Assembly: GCA_036676395.1 (NCBI GenBank) | Contig: JAKFCY010000002.1 | Span: forward strand, 2,272,001-2,336,000 | Direction: 5' to 3' | DNA length: 64,000 nt | Origin: Bdellovibrio sp. | Lineage (GTDB): Bacteria > Bdellovibrionota > Bdellovibrionia > Bdellovibrionales > Bdellovibrionaceae | Made by a program: the position numbers and the translations under genes | Part shown: piece after piece, positions 26,209 to 36,007 of the stretch | Layout of the letters: every line of letters begins with the position of its first letter | How positions within the stretch are numbered: the first letter of the stretch is position 1 | Notes under the pieces: generated by a model | Told to the model about the DNA's origin: nothing | The model's input: only the letters and a program-made list of their open reading frames with translations | Database searches by the model: none

Positions 26209-26517
26209 ATGTTTGAAAAAGTCGTGTTTTCGTCAACTAAATCTGAATACCTAAAGGGCGCTTTTCAAAACCCGCAGGACATACCTAAACAATATGAATC
26301 TGTATCTTGTGACTTTACCGACGAACTTGAATTCGCCGTGATTAAAAAACTTCAAGTTGAACTGAAGTATTGGAACGTTAAAAACATTCTTCACTCTATT
26401 CGTGGCCGCATCATCGATATCTTCACCCGTGACCAGGAAGAATTTGTAAAAATGTCGAACTTAACTGAAGTTCGTTTGGATCGTATCGCGTCAGTTCATA
26501 TATTAAATGTGCATTAG
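26209..26517 (+). CDS. Rof/YaeO-like Rho-binding antiterminator
   Basis: Y..VSCDF.DELE.A ... I.D..TR...EF ... EVRLDRI.S follows the Rof pattern (YQPINCDDYDNLELA...DLVSRKNVEY...ELRLDKITS); AGGAG RBS before ATG 26209. Confidence 0.7.
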   Translation: MFEKVVFSSTKSEYLKGAFQNPQDIPKQYESVSCDFTDELEFAVIKKLQVELKYWNVKNILHSIRGRIIDIFTRDQEEFVKMSNLTEVRLDRIASVHILNVH

Positions 26518-26544
26518 ACTGTCCGTTAGCTATGCTATGACCAA

Positions 26545-27834
26545 ATGAAATCTCTACTGAATAATAAATTTTCGCGCGCCCTTGAAATGACTAAGATGGT
26601 GGCTAAATTAGGTATTCAAGAAGTTCGCTCGGGAAATTTACAGTCTCGTATCGAACAAGCTAAAATTCTTACTGAAAGCTTATCACAACTTAAAGGTGCC
26701 GCTATGAAAGCTGGCCAGCTCTTAAGTTTAGATCTTGAAGACTATTTTCCACCTGAAGCCTTAAAAATTTTATCACAGCTGCAAAACAGCATCGCTGATA
26801 CACCTGAAATCGATATTAAAAAAACTTTGCTTACATCTTTTGGCGAAGAAAAATTTAAACAGCTTTCGCAAATTCAGCTAAAACCATTTGCCGCGGCCTC
26901 AATGGGACAAGTCTATCGCGCTGTTTTGAACGAAAATCCAATTGTGTTTAAAATTCTTTACCCTGGCGTTGCCGAATCCGTTTCTAGCGATGTCGCACTC
27001 CTTAAAAAAGCCGTGTGGGCTTTTTGTAAAATGACTGGGCGACAAATGGATCTAGATCCCGTCTTTGCAGAAATTGAAAGTGTATTAAAAACCGAAGTCG
27101 ATTTTGTTCAAGAAAAAAATTCTACAGTCGCATTTCAAAAATTATTTTCGCAGCATACCTGGAAGCACCTAGAAATAAAAACTCCCCAGGTATTTGAAAC
27201 TTACTCAACTCACAATATTTTATGTTCAAGCTATGAAGACGGTTTAACACTAAAAGATTGGATTGATACTAAGCCAGCCAAAGACAAAAAAGAGAAAGTT
27301 GCGCTAAGCTTACTAGAACTATACACCTCAGAATTTTTCAAATGGGGATTAGTTCAAACAGATCCCAATCCAAGCAATTTTATTATTCGTGAAAAACAAA
27401 ATTTAGAAATTATCGCTTTAGACTTTGGCGCGAGCAAAACCTACACATATGAGTTTCGCAAAGCCTATACCGAATTATTAAAGACAATTAAAATCGGATC
27501 AGATGACGACATCATCAAGCGCTCTGTAGAATTCGGATTAGTTGACGTTCGTGAATCTCAAGAAACTTTGGATTTATTTGTTCAACTACTTAAACACGGA
27601 ATTAAACCTTTTAGCCAAAGTAAGAAGTTTCAATTTTCTGATGATACTTTTTTAAAAGAAAATGGAATGTTAGCTCGCACGCTATTACAAAAATTAAAGT
27701 TCTCGGCCCCGCCCCACCAATTACTATTCTTACACAGAAAACTTGGCGGCGTTTATGCCATCTTGAGAAAACTGGAAGTCGAAATTGAAGTTTCTGACTT
27801 CTGGGCTGCGATCGAAAACGGCGAAATCAAATAA
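26545..27834 (+). CDS. ABC1/UbiB/COQ8-family atypical kinase
   Basis: KAGQ (KxGQ), AAASMGQV, QTDPNPSNF, LDFG, FLHRKLGG motifs. Confidence 0.92.
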   Translation: MKSLLNNKFSRALEMTKMVAKLGIQEVRSGNLQSRIEQAKILTESLSQLKGAAMKAGQLLSLDLEDYFPPEALKILSQLQNSIADTPEIDIKKTLLTSFGEEKFKQLSQIQLKPFAAASMGQVYRAVLNENPIVFKILYPGVAESVSSDVALLKKAVWAFCKMTGRQMDLDPVFAEIESVLKTEVDFVQEKNSTVAFQKLFSQHTWKHLEIKTPQVFETYSTHNILCSSYEDGLTLKDWIDTKPAKDKKEKVALSLLELYTSEFFKWGLVQTDPNPSNFIIREKQNLEIIALDFGASKTYTYEFRKAYTELLKTIKIGSDDDIIKRSVEFGLVDVRESQETLDLFVQLLKHGIKPFSQSKKFQFSDDTFLKENGMLARTLLQKLKFSAPPHQLLFLHRKLGGVYAILRKLEVEIEVSDFWAAIENGEIK

Positions 27835-27862
27835 AAAAAGGGAATACTTTCGTATTCCCTTC
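27833..27862 (-). terminator. Intrinsic terminator after rplL
   Basis: Minus strand AAGGGAATAC-gaaa-GTATTCCCTT followed by a T-run. Confidence 0.8.
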
Positions 27863-27889
27863 GTAAAGCTAGAATGCTTTGGAGAAAAA

Positions 27890-28249
27890 TTACTTGATAG
27901 TAACTTTCGCGCCAGCAGCTTCTAAAGTCTTTTTCATTTTGTCAGCGTCTTCTTTAGTCGCGCCTTCTTTAACTGCTTTTCCGCCAGCTTCAACTAAAGC
28001 TTTTGCTTCAGCTAAACCTAAGCCAGTGATAGTACGAACTTCTTTAATTACGTTAATTTTGTTGGCGCCAGCGTCAACTAAGATAACGTCAAAAGCAGTT
28101 TGTGCTTCAGCAGCAGGACCGGCAGCAGCAGCAGCAGCTACAGGTGCAGCAGCAGATACGCCCCATTTTGTTTCTAATTCTTTTACTAACTCAGCGATTT
28201 CGATTACTGATTTTGCTGATAATGCTGTTACGATTTGTTCATTTGTCAT
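27890..28249 (-). CDS. rplL: 50S ribosomal protein L7/L12
   Basis: [21 protein letters not shown], Ala-rich hinge. Confidence 0.98.
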   Translation of the reverse strand: MTNEQIVTALSAKSVIEIAELVKELETKWGVSAAAPVAAAAAAGPAAEAQTAFDVILVDAGANKINVIKEVRTITGLGLAEAKALVEAGGKAVKEGATKEDADKMKKTLEAAGAKVTIK

Positions 28250-28279
28250 TTTATAATCCTTTTCTTTAATTAATTTATA

Positions 28280-28810
28280 TTAAGCTTGTGGTGCGGCTTC
28301 ATCTGCAGGTGCTGCAGCTGGCGCTCCGTTTTGTTGTGCGTATGTATTAAGAACACGTGCAAGTCTTGCACTAGGCTCTTTCATTAAACACAATAATTGT
28401 GCACGTAATTGATCTTTACCAGGTAATGTTGCTAAGAATTTGATTTTATTAGAATCAAGAGCTTCGCCATCCATCATGCCCGATTTGATTTTTAATGCTT
28501 CAACGTCTTTGCCGAACTCAGCAAGCGTTTTAGCTACGCCAACAACTTCGTTAAATGCGAAAACGATCGCATTCGTACCAGTTAAGTGACTTGCTAATGC
28601 TTGTTCTTGAACTGCATTACCTTTGAAAGCACGTTTTGCTAACGTATTACGAACAACTTTCATCTCAGACTCAGCAGCGTGTAGCTTTTTACGTAAATTC
28701 GTAACTTGCTCCACTTTCATGCCTTTAAAGTCTACGACGAAAGCGCCTTTAGCTTGAGCGATTTTTTCAGAAAGAGCTTTGATGTCTAATTCTTTTTGTG
28801 CTTTTAGCAT
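28280..28810 (-). CDS. rplJ: 50S ribosomal protein L10
   Basis: KVVRNTL, LATLPG; position. Confidence 0.96.
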   Translation of the reverse strand: MLKAQKELDIKALSEKIAQAKGAFVVDFKGMKVEQVTNLRKKLHAAESEMKVVRNTLAKRAFKGNAVQEQALASHLTGTNAIVFAFNEVVGVAKTLAEFGKDVEALKIKSGMMDGEALDSNKIKFLATLPGKDQLRAQLLCLMKEPSARLARVLNTYAQQNGAPAAAPADEAAPQA

Positions 28811-28871
28811 TAGGTGTTTCCTTTCGTTTGTTTAAGGCATCAGGGAAAAGGATATAGATCTTAAAGATTTT

Positions 28872-28949
28872 TATCCGTCTCGGTTGGCAGCGATCTAAAC
28901 TATTTAGATCGCTATTAATTTCTTATGAAGACCAACTGTCTCTGACGCG
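28872..28949 (-). promoter_or_regulatory. L10 leader (rplJL autoregulatory RNA)
   Basis: Minus strand GTCAGAGACAGTTGG...TTAAT...CCAACCGAGACG with internal hairpin AGCGATCTAAA/TTTAGATCGCT, in the rplA-rplJ spacer. Confidence 0.75.
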
Positions 28950-28998
28950 TATAATTTTGAATAATAACCGAAGTTATAATACCCGCTTTCGCGAAATA

Positions 28999-29700
28999 CT
29001 ATTCTTCAGATCCTGCCATTGCTTCGTTAGCATCTAGACGGATCGCCGGACCCATTGTAGAAGCTGCGTACATTGAGCGAAGGTAGATACCTTTAGAGGT
29101 AGCTGGTTTAGCTTTAACAACTGTATTGATGAAAGCATCAAAGTTTTCTTTAAGCTTAGCTGCACCCATAGATTTACGACCGATAGAAGCATGTACGATA
29201 CCTGCTTTATCAACGCGGAAATCAAGTTTACCTTTTTTCTCAGCTGTAACTGCTTCAGTAACGTTCATAGTTACAGTTCCAACTTTAGGATTTGGCATTA
29301 AACCACGAGGTCCAAGAACCTTAGCAACTTTTGATACAGTCGCCATCATGTCTGGAGTCGCGATACATTTATCGAAATCTAACCAACCACCGTTGATTTT
29401 TTCAACTAGGTCGTCAGCTCCTACGAAATCTGCACCAGCTGCTTTTGCTTCGTTCTCTTTTGGACCTTTAGCAAAAACAACAACGCGTACTGCTTTGCCT
29501 AAACCGTGAGGTAAAGCGATAGCACCACGAACTTGTTGATCAGATTGTTTTGGATCGATACCTAATTTAACTGCGATATCAATAGATTCATCGAATTTAG
29601 CCGGAGCTGTTTCAACTGCTAATTTGATACCTTCTGCGAATGAATATTTTTTTGAAGCATCAACTTTTTTAGCTGCTGCTGTAAATTTTTTACCTGACAT
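28999..29700 (-). CDS. rplA: 50S ribosomal protein L1
   Basis: KFDES.D, LGPRGLMPNPKVGTV, STMGP. Confidence 0.98.
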   Translation of the reverse strand: MSGKKFTAAAKKVDASKKYSFAEGIKLAVETAPAKFDESIDIAVKLGIDPKQSDQQVRGAIALPHGLGKAVRVVVFAKGPKENEAKAAGADFVGADDLVEKINGGWLDFDKCIATPDMMATVSKVAKVLGPRGLMPNPKVGTVTMNVTEAVTAEKKGKLDFRVDKAGIVHASIGRKSMGAAKLKENFDAFINTVVKAKPATSKGIYLRSMYAASTMGPAIRLDANEAMAGSEE

Positions 29701-29701
29701 A

Positions 29702-30130
29702 TTACATTCCTTCTACTTCTAAGCCCATGCTTTTTGCTGTACCGGCAACTTGAGACATTGCTGATTCAACTTTCACACAGTTTAAGTCAGGCAACTTTGT
29801 AGTTGCGATAACTTTGATTTGGTCAGTTTTGATTTTACCGACTTTATCTTTTTGTGGCATTTTAGAGCCTGACTCTAATTTTAATGCCTTTTTGATTAAC
29901 GAAGATACCGGAGGCGTCTTAGTGATGAAAGTAAACGAACGGTCTTGGTAAACAGTAATGATGATAGGAATAATGCTATCACCTAGCGCTTGAGTACGCG
30001 CGTTGAACTGTTTACAGAATTCCATAATGTTTACCCCATGCTGTCCAAGTGCCGGTCCAACGGGAGGAGCTGGATTAGCTTTCCCTGCCGGTATCTGCAA
30101 TTTGATCATACCTGTAACTTTTTTTGCCAT
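29702..30130 (-). CDS. rplK: 50S ribosomal protein L11
   Basis: [23 protein letters not shown]. Confidence 0.98.
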   Translation of the reverse strand: MAKKVTGMIKLQIPAGKANPAPPVGPALGQHGVNIMEFCKQFNARTQALGDSIIPIIITVYQDRSFTFITKTPPVSSLIKKALKLESGSKMPQKDKVGKIKTDQIKVIATTKLPDLNCVKVESAMSQVAGTAKSMGLEVEGM

Positions 30131-30319
30131 AGATTCCCACCTTGCAAAGGGTTATTAAGAAACCTCCCCAATGGAGATTTCTGATTTCTGTCGTGAATTT
30201 TACACGAGGTGAAAATATAGCCGCAGGAGCGCGTCAGAGACAACAAAATAATAAGAAAAAATAACGATTTTTACCAATGGCGAGCGAGGATAAAAACCAC
30301 TCCCAACAACACTAAGAAG

Positions 30320-30386
30320 TCCGACCAGGAAGGTCGGATCTTAACGGGTTCAAAAGGGCCGTCAGCCCTTTTCAGACAGGATGTCT
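30320..30386. repeat. Three-hairpin REP/MITE-like element, copy 2
   Basis: TCCGACC-aggaa-GGTCGGA; AAAAGGGC-cgtca-GCCCTTTT; AGACA-gga-TGTCT. Confidence 0.6.
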
Positions 30387-30407
30387 CCTACGCAGACCAC
30401 ATAAAAG

Positions 30408-30436
30408 AAAAAAGCCCTGGTTCATCACCAAGGCTT
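30408..30436 (-). terminator. Intrinsic terminator after nusG
   Basis: Minus strand AAGCCTTGGT-gatga-ACCAGGGCTT followed by a T-run. Confidence 0.75.
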
Positions 30437-30465
30437 CAATAAGCAATGCTTAAAACATGAGCTAA

Positions 30466-31029
30466 TTAGTTTTTAGAAACTTGAACAAAATCAAGCTCAA
30501 CAGGCGTTGGACGACCAAAGATCGACACAAGAACCTTAACTTTAGCTTTTTCTTCGTTAATTTCTTCAACTGTACCGTTGAAGTTATTAAATGGACCATC
30601 AACAACAGTAACTTGATCACCGATGTTGTAGTTCGCTTTAGCGCGAGGTTTTTCAGCTACGCCAGCCATTTGCTGAGTAACACGCATAACTTCATGCTCA
30701 GGAACTTCTGGTGGCTTAGTTTTAGCGCCGCCCACGAAGCCAGATACTTTAGAAGAATTTTTTACTAAATGCCAAGATTGATCGCTAAGAACCATGTTAA
30801 CGAAAATATAACCTGGAAAGAACTTACGAGTTTTAGTCGTTTTTTGGCCCTTAACTAATTCAACAACATTTTCAGCAGGAATTAAGATTTCGCCAAACAT
30901 GCTTTCCATTTTATTAGTTTTGATTCTTTCTTCGATAGCAGCCTTAGCTGTGTTTTCACAACCAGATTGAACATTAATGATATACCATTTTTTTTCTGTC
31001 GGTGCTTTTGGTGTCTCTTGATTTTCCAA
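30466..31029 (-). CDS. nusG: Transcription termination/antitermination factor NusG
   Basis: [32 protein letters not shown] start. Confidence 0.97.
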   Translation of the reverse strand: MENQETPKAPTEKKWYIINVQSGCENTAKAAIEERIKTNKMESMFGEILIPAENVVELVKGQKTTKTRKFFPGYIFVNMVLSDQSWHLVKNSSKVSGFVGGAKTKPPEVPEHEVMRVTQQMAGVAEKPRAKANYNIGDQVTVVDGPFNNFNGTVEEINEEKAKVKVLVSIFGRPTPVELDFVQVSKN

Positions 31030-31066
31030 AATACAACTCCTCTCTGGCTAGGCCAGAAATAATTAA

Positions 31067-31444
31067 CTACTTAAGAATTTGGTTTAATACGAAACCAGAA
31101 AATAAATCAAATACGCTGATGATGATCGAAGAAATGAAAACCATGATAACAACTACAACTGTCATCATGCGCGTATCTTTAATTGGTGGCCATACTACTT
31201 TTTTGATTTCTGCAGTGACTTCATCAGCCCATTGCAAAACGCCTTTATTAAATTGAAGAGAAGCAAATAAAACCACAGCTAACATGACTGGTAGACCGTG
31301 TTTAAATAAATCGTAATCAGAAAGTTTTGCGATTACGCCGAAAGCTCCAGATAAAGCTTTAAGTAAAACTGATACGGTAAAACCAACTAGCGCAGCTAAT
31401 GATAAAAAACATACCGTAATAAATTTTGAATTTGTATTATCCAT
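31067..31444 (-). CDS. secE: Preprotein translocase subunit SecE (three-TM type)
   Basis: EIKKVVWP motif, three hydrophobic segments; start trimmed to ATG (MDNTN). Confidence 0.93.
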   Translation of the reverse strand: MDNTNSKFITVCFLSLAALVGFTVSVLLKALSGAFGVIAKLSDYDLFKHGLPVMLAVVLFASLQFNKGVLQWADEVTAEIKKVVWPPIKDTRMMTVVVVIMVFISSIIISVFDLFSGFVLNQILK

Positions 31445-31583
31445 CCGTAAAATCCTTATCTGTTCTTCAGTTATTAAAAACCGAAATTTTTTATGTTTCA
31501 TCCTTCGTGAATAAAACAAAACGGTCTTATTTTTCAATTTCACCACTAAGCTTAACTTGATTTAGTTAAAAGTGAAGTAAAAT

Positions 31584-31659
31584 TGGCAGGGGCTGGGGGA
31601 TTCGAACCCACGACCTAGCGATTTGGAGTCGCTCGCTCTACCGCTGGAGCTAAACCCCT
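31584..31659 (-). tRNA. tRNA-Trp(CCA)
   Basis: AGGGGTTTAGCTCCAGCGGTAGAGCGAGCGACTCCAAATCGCT...GGTTCGAATCC...CCCTGCCA cloverleaf. Confidence 0.95.
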
Positions 31660-31746
31660 GCATTAAACGCAAAATATACTCTGTATTTTCATGCCTCGAC
31701 AAGCTTTATTTGACTTGGGCCAAAAGCTTGAGCAAGAGCAAAAGTC

Positions 31747-31780
31747 AAAAAAAAAAAGACCGACTTTTCAGTCGGCCTTT
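31747..31780 (-). terminator. Intrinsic terminator after tuf
   Basis: Minus strand GGCCGACT-gaaa-AGTCGGTC followed by a long T-run. Confidence 0.8.
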
Positions 31781-31820
31781 CAATCAGTTTTAAGCTTAGC
31801 TTGAAACCGAGTAGTTAAAA

Positions 31821-33011
31821 CTACTCGATGATTTCAACAACTACGCCGGCACCAACAGTACGGCCACCCTCACGGATAGCAAAACGTAAAGATTGTTCCA
31901 TAGCGATTGGAGTGATTAACTCAACGTTAATCTCAACTTTATCACCTGGCATAACCATTTCAGTTCCAGCTTTAAGAGTTACAACACCCGTAACATCTGT
32001 AGTTCTGAAGTAGAATTGTGGACGGTAGTTAGTAAAGAATGGAGTATGACGTCCACCTTCATCTTTAGTAAGGATGTATGCCTCACCTTTGAATTTTTTG
32101 TGTGGTTTAACTGAACCTGGCTTGATTAATACTTGGCCACGTTCAACATCTTCTTTTTTAGTACCACGTAAAAGAACACCGCAGTTGTCTCCAGCGCGAC
32201 CTTCATCTAACAATTTACGGAACATTTCGATTCCAGTAACTGTAGTTTTTTGAGTCGGACGGATACCAACGATTTCGATCTCGTCATTTACTTTAACGAT
32301 ACCACGCTCAACACGGCCAGTAACAACTGTACCACGACCAGAGATAGAGAACACGTCCTCTACTGGCATTAAGAATGTTTTTTCGATAGCGCGAACTGGT
32401 TCAGGGATGTGTTTATCACAAGCTTCCATTAAAGCTAAGATAGATGGACGACCATACTCAGATTGGTCACCTTCTAAACCTAATTTAGCAGAACCTTTAA
32501 CGATAGGGATAGTATCGCCAGGGAATTCGTATTTAGATAATAATTCACGAACTTCCATTTCAACTAGTTCAAGTAATTCTTTATCATCAACCATGTCACA
32601 TTTGTTCATGAATACTACTAGAGCTGGAACACCTACTTGGCGTGCAAGTAAGATATGCTCACGAGTTTGTGGCATAGGACCGTCAGCTGCAGAAACTACT
32701 AGGATTGCTCCGTCCATTTGTGCGGCACCAGTGATCATATTTTTTACGTAATCGGCATGGCCTGGGCAGTCAACGTGAGCGTAGTGACGGTTGTCAGTTT
32801 CGTACTCAACGTGAGTTGTAGAGATAGTGATACCACGTGCTTTTTCTTCTGGAGACTTATCGATTTGATCGTAAGCCATAGCTTGCGCTTTACCCATAGT
32901 CGCAAGAGTAGTCGTGATAGCAGCTGTTAAAGTTGTTTTACCATGATCGACGTGACCAATGGTACCGATGTTTACATGCGGTTTTGATCTGTTAAATTTC
33001 TCTTTAGACAT
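31821..33011 (-). CDS. tuf: Elongation factor Tu
   Basis: [26 protein letters not shown]. Confidence 0.99.
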   Translation of the reverse strand: MSKEKFNRSKPHVNIGTIGHVDHGKTTLTAAITTTLATMGKAQAMAYDQIDKSPEEKARGITISTTHVEYETDNRHYAHVDCPGHADYVKNMITGAAQMDGAILVVSAADGPMPQTREHILLARQVGVPALVVFMNKCDMVDDKELLELVEMEVRELLSKYEFPGDTIPIVKGSAKLGLEGDQSEYGRPSILALMEACDKHIPEPVRAIEKTFLMPVEDVFSISGRGTVVTGRVERGIVKVNDEIEIVGIRPTQKTTVTGIEMFRKLLDEGRAGDNCGVLLRGTKKEDVERGQVLIKPGSVKPHKKFKGEAYILTKDEGGRHTPFFTNYRPQFYFRTTDVTGVVTLKAGTEMVMPGDKVEINVELITPIAMEQSLRFAIREGGRTVGAGVVVEIIE

Positions 33012-33120
33012 ATGTCCTCCTGCGAGAATGTTTGTTTTATAACTTTTAATTAAAAAAGCTTTTTAAATTTTTAAATCACTCATCAATTCTTCGTAATCAC
33101 TTACTTCAATTCTTTCGAAC

Positions 33121-33195
33121 TGGAGCCCGTGATCGGAGCCGAACCGACGACCTCACCCTTACCAAGGGTGTGCTCTACCACTGAGCTACACGGGC
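33121..33195 (-). tRNA. tRNA-Thr(GGT)
   Basis: GCCCGTGTAGCTCAGTGGTAGAGCACACCCTTGGTAAGGGTG...CACGGGCTCCA. Confidence 0.95.
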
Positions 33196-33212
33196 GTAAG
33201 GGCAAAAAACTT

Positions 33213-33289
33213 TGGAGCGGGAGACGAGTCTCGAACTCGCAACCCTCTGCTTGGAAGGCAGATACTCTAGCCAATTGAGCTACTCCCGC
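33213..33289 (-). tRNA. tRNA-Gly(TCC)
   Basis: GCGGGAGTAGCTCAATTGGCTAGAGTATCTGCCTTCCAAGCAGA...CTCCCGCTCCA. Confidence 0.95.
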
Positions 33290-33385
33290 CAAAATCTTTT
33301 ATCTTGCGACTGTAAACCATTCGAAAAAACCGAAAGGTTCGACGCTAATGACATTTTAAGATCGCCCACAAGGGAAAGCAAAAAA

Positions 33386-33471
<86 letters not shown>

Positions 33472-33537
33472 ATTAATTAACGTCTATGTACATTTAGCTA
33501 TAGTGTACACTCGCAAAATTCGCACTTAAGCGAAAAA

Positions 33538-33613
33538 TGGAGCTGGCAATGGGACTCGAACCCGCAACCTGCTGATTACAAATCAGCTGCTCTACCAATT
33601 GAGCTATGCCAGC
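33538..33613 (-). tRNA. tRNA-Thr(TGT)
   Basis: GCTGGCATAGCTCAATTGGTAGAGCAGCTGATTTGTAATCAGC...TGCCAGCTCCA. Confidence 0.95.
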
Positions 33614-33746
33614 ATAGCCTAAAACTTTCGTATAAAATTCCAGCCTTTTTGCAAAAGCTAAAATTCGTCAAAAATTTTAGTAACTTGGAATTTTTACTGG
33701 ATTCGCTCGGTCAGGTCAAATTTATTTTTAATAAGAATGAAAAGTT

Positions 33747-34325
33747 TTATGCTTGGTTTTTAGCCAGAGGTGCTTCAAAAACGTCCGAGTACACAGGAAA
33801 ATGTCCACGAAGTTGGCTTTCCATCAAAAAAAGCGAGCTAATCTCCCCTTTTCCTAGATCTATCTTTTTAAAAGGGCTAGCTGCCGACTCGACAGAATTT
33901 GGATTTCGCAGCCGTCCTAAAGTCATATGGGGGTAATATTGCTGTTGCGGGGGGAGTTCTAACTTTTGCTCGATCAAAGATTGTAAGTCTAAAAGGGGTT
34001 GTGAGCGCTGTACGTCGACGAAAAGAGTGCGCGCTTTTTGAAAATGATCAAAGGCTCCTAAGTCGTGAATTTTTAAATTAAACTCATGTGCGTGAATTGC
34101 AATTTCTGATAATTTCTCTCGTAAAATCGGAATTTTTTCTTCAGGAGTATCGCCTAGAAAACTTAACGTGATGTGCATGTTTTCAAGAGGCGACCACTTG
34201 ATTTGAATTTCTTTTTGGTCGAAAGATTTTTTCAGTTTTTTTAAAAAAGGGTCTAATTGATAAATTTGACCAAGGCTTGGCTTAATCGCGACAAATAATC
34301 TTTTGGTTTTTGCAGCTTCACTCAT
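33747..34325 (-). CDS. thpR: RNA 2',3'-cyclic phosphodiesterase (2H family, LigT/ThpR)
   Basis: RLFVAI, HITL.FLG and PHMTLGR (two HxT motifs). Confidence 0.9.
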   Translation of the reverse strand: MSEAAKTKRLFVAIKPSLGQIYQLDPFLKKLKKSFDQKEIQIKWSPLENMHITLSFLGDTPEEKIPILREKLSEIAIHAHEFNLKIHDLGAFDHFQKARTLFVDVQRSQPLLDLQSLIEQKLELPPQQQYYPHMTLGRLRNPNSVESAASPFKKIDLGKGEISSLFLMESQLRGHFPVYSDVFEAPLAKNQA

Positions 34326-34383
34326 CTAAGCAAAATTTTATCACCGCGAATTAAGAAACGTCCACTAATTGCATGTTAAGAAT

Positions 34384-35280
34384 TTATTTTTTTGTCCATT
34401 GACGTTTAGTTTCGGCTAAAGCCATCGCCGTAGCTACTGAAACGTTATAGCTTGCCTCTGGCGAAGCTTGCGGAATCGAAACCAACTCATCACACACGCG
34501 CTCTGTCGTCGAACGTAAGCCCTTGTCTTCTGCGCCCAACACCCAAATTACTTTTTCTGGATATTGAATGTCATAAATTGATTTTGTGGCCTTATGCGAA
34601 AGACCATAAACCCAAAATCCGGCTTCTTTTAAAGTAGCAAACGGATCGTTAAAATTATTGATACGCGCGATTTCTACGTGCTCTACACCACCGCAAGCTA
34701 CCTTGTGAACTGTTGGCGTTAAGCCTACAGCGCGGTCTTGAGGAATGATTAGACCACTTACGCCCATTAACCAGCTCGTACGTAAAATCGCACCTAAATT
34801 ATGTGGGTCTTCTACGCCGTCTAAAGCCAAAATAATGCTTTTATCTTCCCAACCTTGTTGAGTGTAATCAAAAGCTGGATTGTAATCTGAAAAAATCACA
34901 GCGCCTTGGTGGCCAGCGCAAAGTTTTGCTAATTCCATTTCGTTTTTTTCTTCGAAACGAATGTCTTTAGCTTTAAAAATTTGTAAGAGCTCTTTAATTT
35001 CAGGTGAATTTAATAAATTAGCTTGTACATAAGCTTGTTTGATCGATTGCGGCCGCACACTTAAAGCTTCTTTTACAGCGTGGGTGCCGGCAATTTGGCG
35101 CCAAGATTTAGGAAGAGACGAATGCATGCCTTGAGTTGCTGATCCGCGGGCCTGTACCTGACCACCTCGAGCCGGGCCATGAGAAACACGCGCTGGAGGC
35201 CGATTGCTTTTAGCTGCTGGACGACCGCCTGATTGTGGACGACCCTGTGCCGGACGCGGTTTACCTGAAGTTCTTCTCAT
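34384..35280 (-). CDS. rlmB: TrmH/SpoU-family RNA 2'-O-methyltransferase, RlmB-like
   Basis: HQG, LDGVEDPHNLGAILR, GAEDKGL, SYNVSVA. Confidence 0.85.
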   Translation of the reverse strand: MRRTSGKPRPAQGRPQSGGRPAAKSNRPPARVSHGPARGGQVQARGSATQGMHSSLPKSWRQIAGTHAVKEALSVRPQSIKQAYVQANLLNSPEIKELLQIFKAKDIRFEEKNEMELAKLCAGHQGAVIFSDYNPAFDYTQQGWEDKSIILALDGVEDPHNLGAILRTSWLMGVSGLIIPQDRAVGLTPTVHKVACGGVEHVEIARINNFNDPFATLKEAGFWVYGLSHKATKSIYDIQYPEKVIWVLGAEDKGLRSTTERVCDELVSIPQASPEASYNVSVATAMALAETKRQWTKK

Positions 35281-35299
35281 ACATAATTCCTAAATAGAT

Positions 35300-35995
35300 C
35301 TAGATACTTTTTAAAATATCTAGAACAGCTTGTTTTGGATTGGTTGCTTGCAAGATGGGTCTACCAATAACTAAGGCAGAAGCGCCAGCTTGAATTGCTT
35401 GTTGTGGATTCATTACACGTTTTTGATCGTCTGCAGCAGCAGAATCGGGTCTAATTCCTGGAGTTACCTTATACAGATTGTGGTTTTTCAGCAGCTCTAG
35501 CTCGTGCGCCGAACAAACTAAACCAGTTAAGCCTGAATCAAGCACGAGGTTCGCTAAGCTCAACACATGATCAGTGACAGGCCATGGGTGTAATGACTTG
35601 GGCATCGACTGCTGATCCCAACTTGTAAGAATCGTAACGGCTAAGATTTTAAACGGGCGGATTTGATTTAGTTCTTTTTCTAGTTTTGCGAGCTCGGTTA
35701 AAGCCTCGCTACCCGATAAAGCGTGCACCGTTACAAATGTGGCCCCTGCGTGAAAACTTGTTTTCACGGCTGAAACCATTGTTGAAGGAATATCAAAATA
35801 TTTATTATCGATAAAAACGGGAGCTACTTTAGCGCATTCTTTGATAAATTCAGTGCCATACTGATAACCAAGACGTGGTCCAATTTTAATGGCACCGACC
35901 ACATCACCCACTTGAGCCAAAATCTTTTGCGCTTGCTCTTTGGTATCTACATCAAGAGCTAACATGATTGGATTTTTGATCAAGCTTTGTGACAT
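35300..35995 (-). CDS. pyrF: Orotidine-5'-phosphate decarboxylase
   Basis: LALD, D.K..DIP.T, VTPGIR, DDQKR, VIGRPI. Confidence 0.95.
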   Translation of the reverse strand: MSQSLIKNPIMLALDVDTKEQAQKILAQVGDVVGAIKIGPRLGYQYGTEFIKECAKVAPVFIDNKYFDIPSTMVSAVKTSFHAGATFVTVHALSGSEALTELAKLEKELNQIRPFKILAVTILTSWDQQSMPKSLHPWPVTDHVLSLANLVLDSGLTGLVCSAHELELLKNHNLYKVTPGIRPDSAAADDQKRVMNPQQAIQAGASALVIGRPILQATNPKQAVLDILKSI

Positions 35996-36007
35996 GTTTT
36001 ATAATTC

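Noticed and set aside
30300..30400. Possible SRP (4.5S) RNA because of CAGGAAGG
   Set aside because: Lacks the TCAGG-CCGGAAGG-AGCAGC helix 8 pattern and the long enclosing stem.
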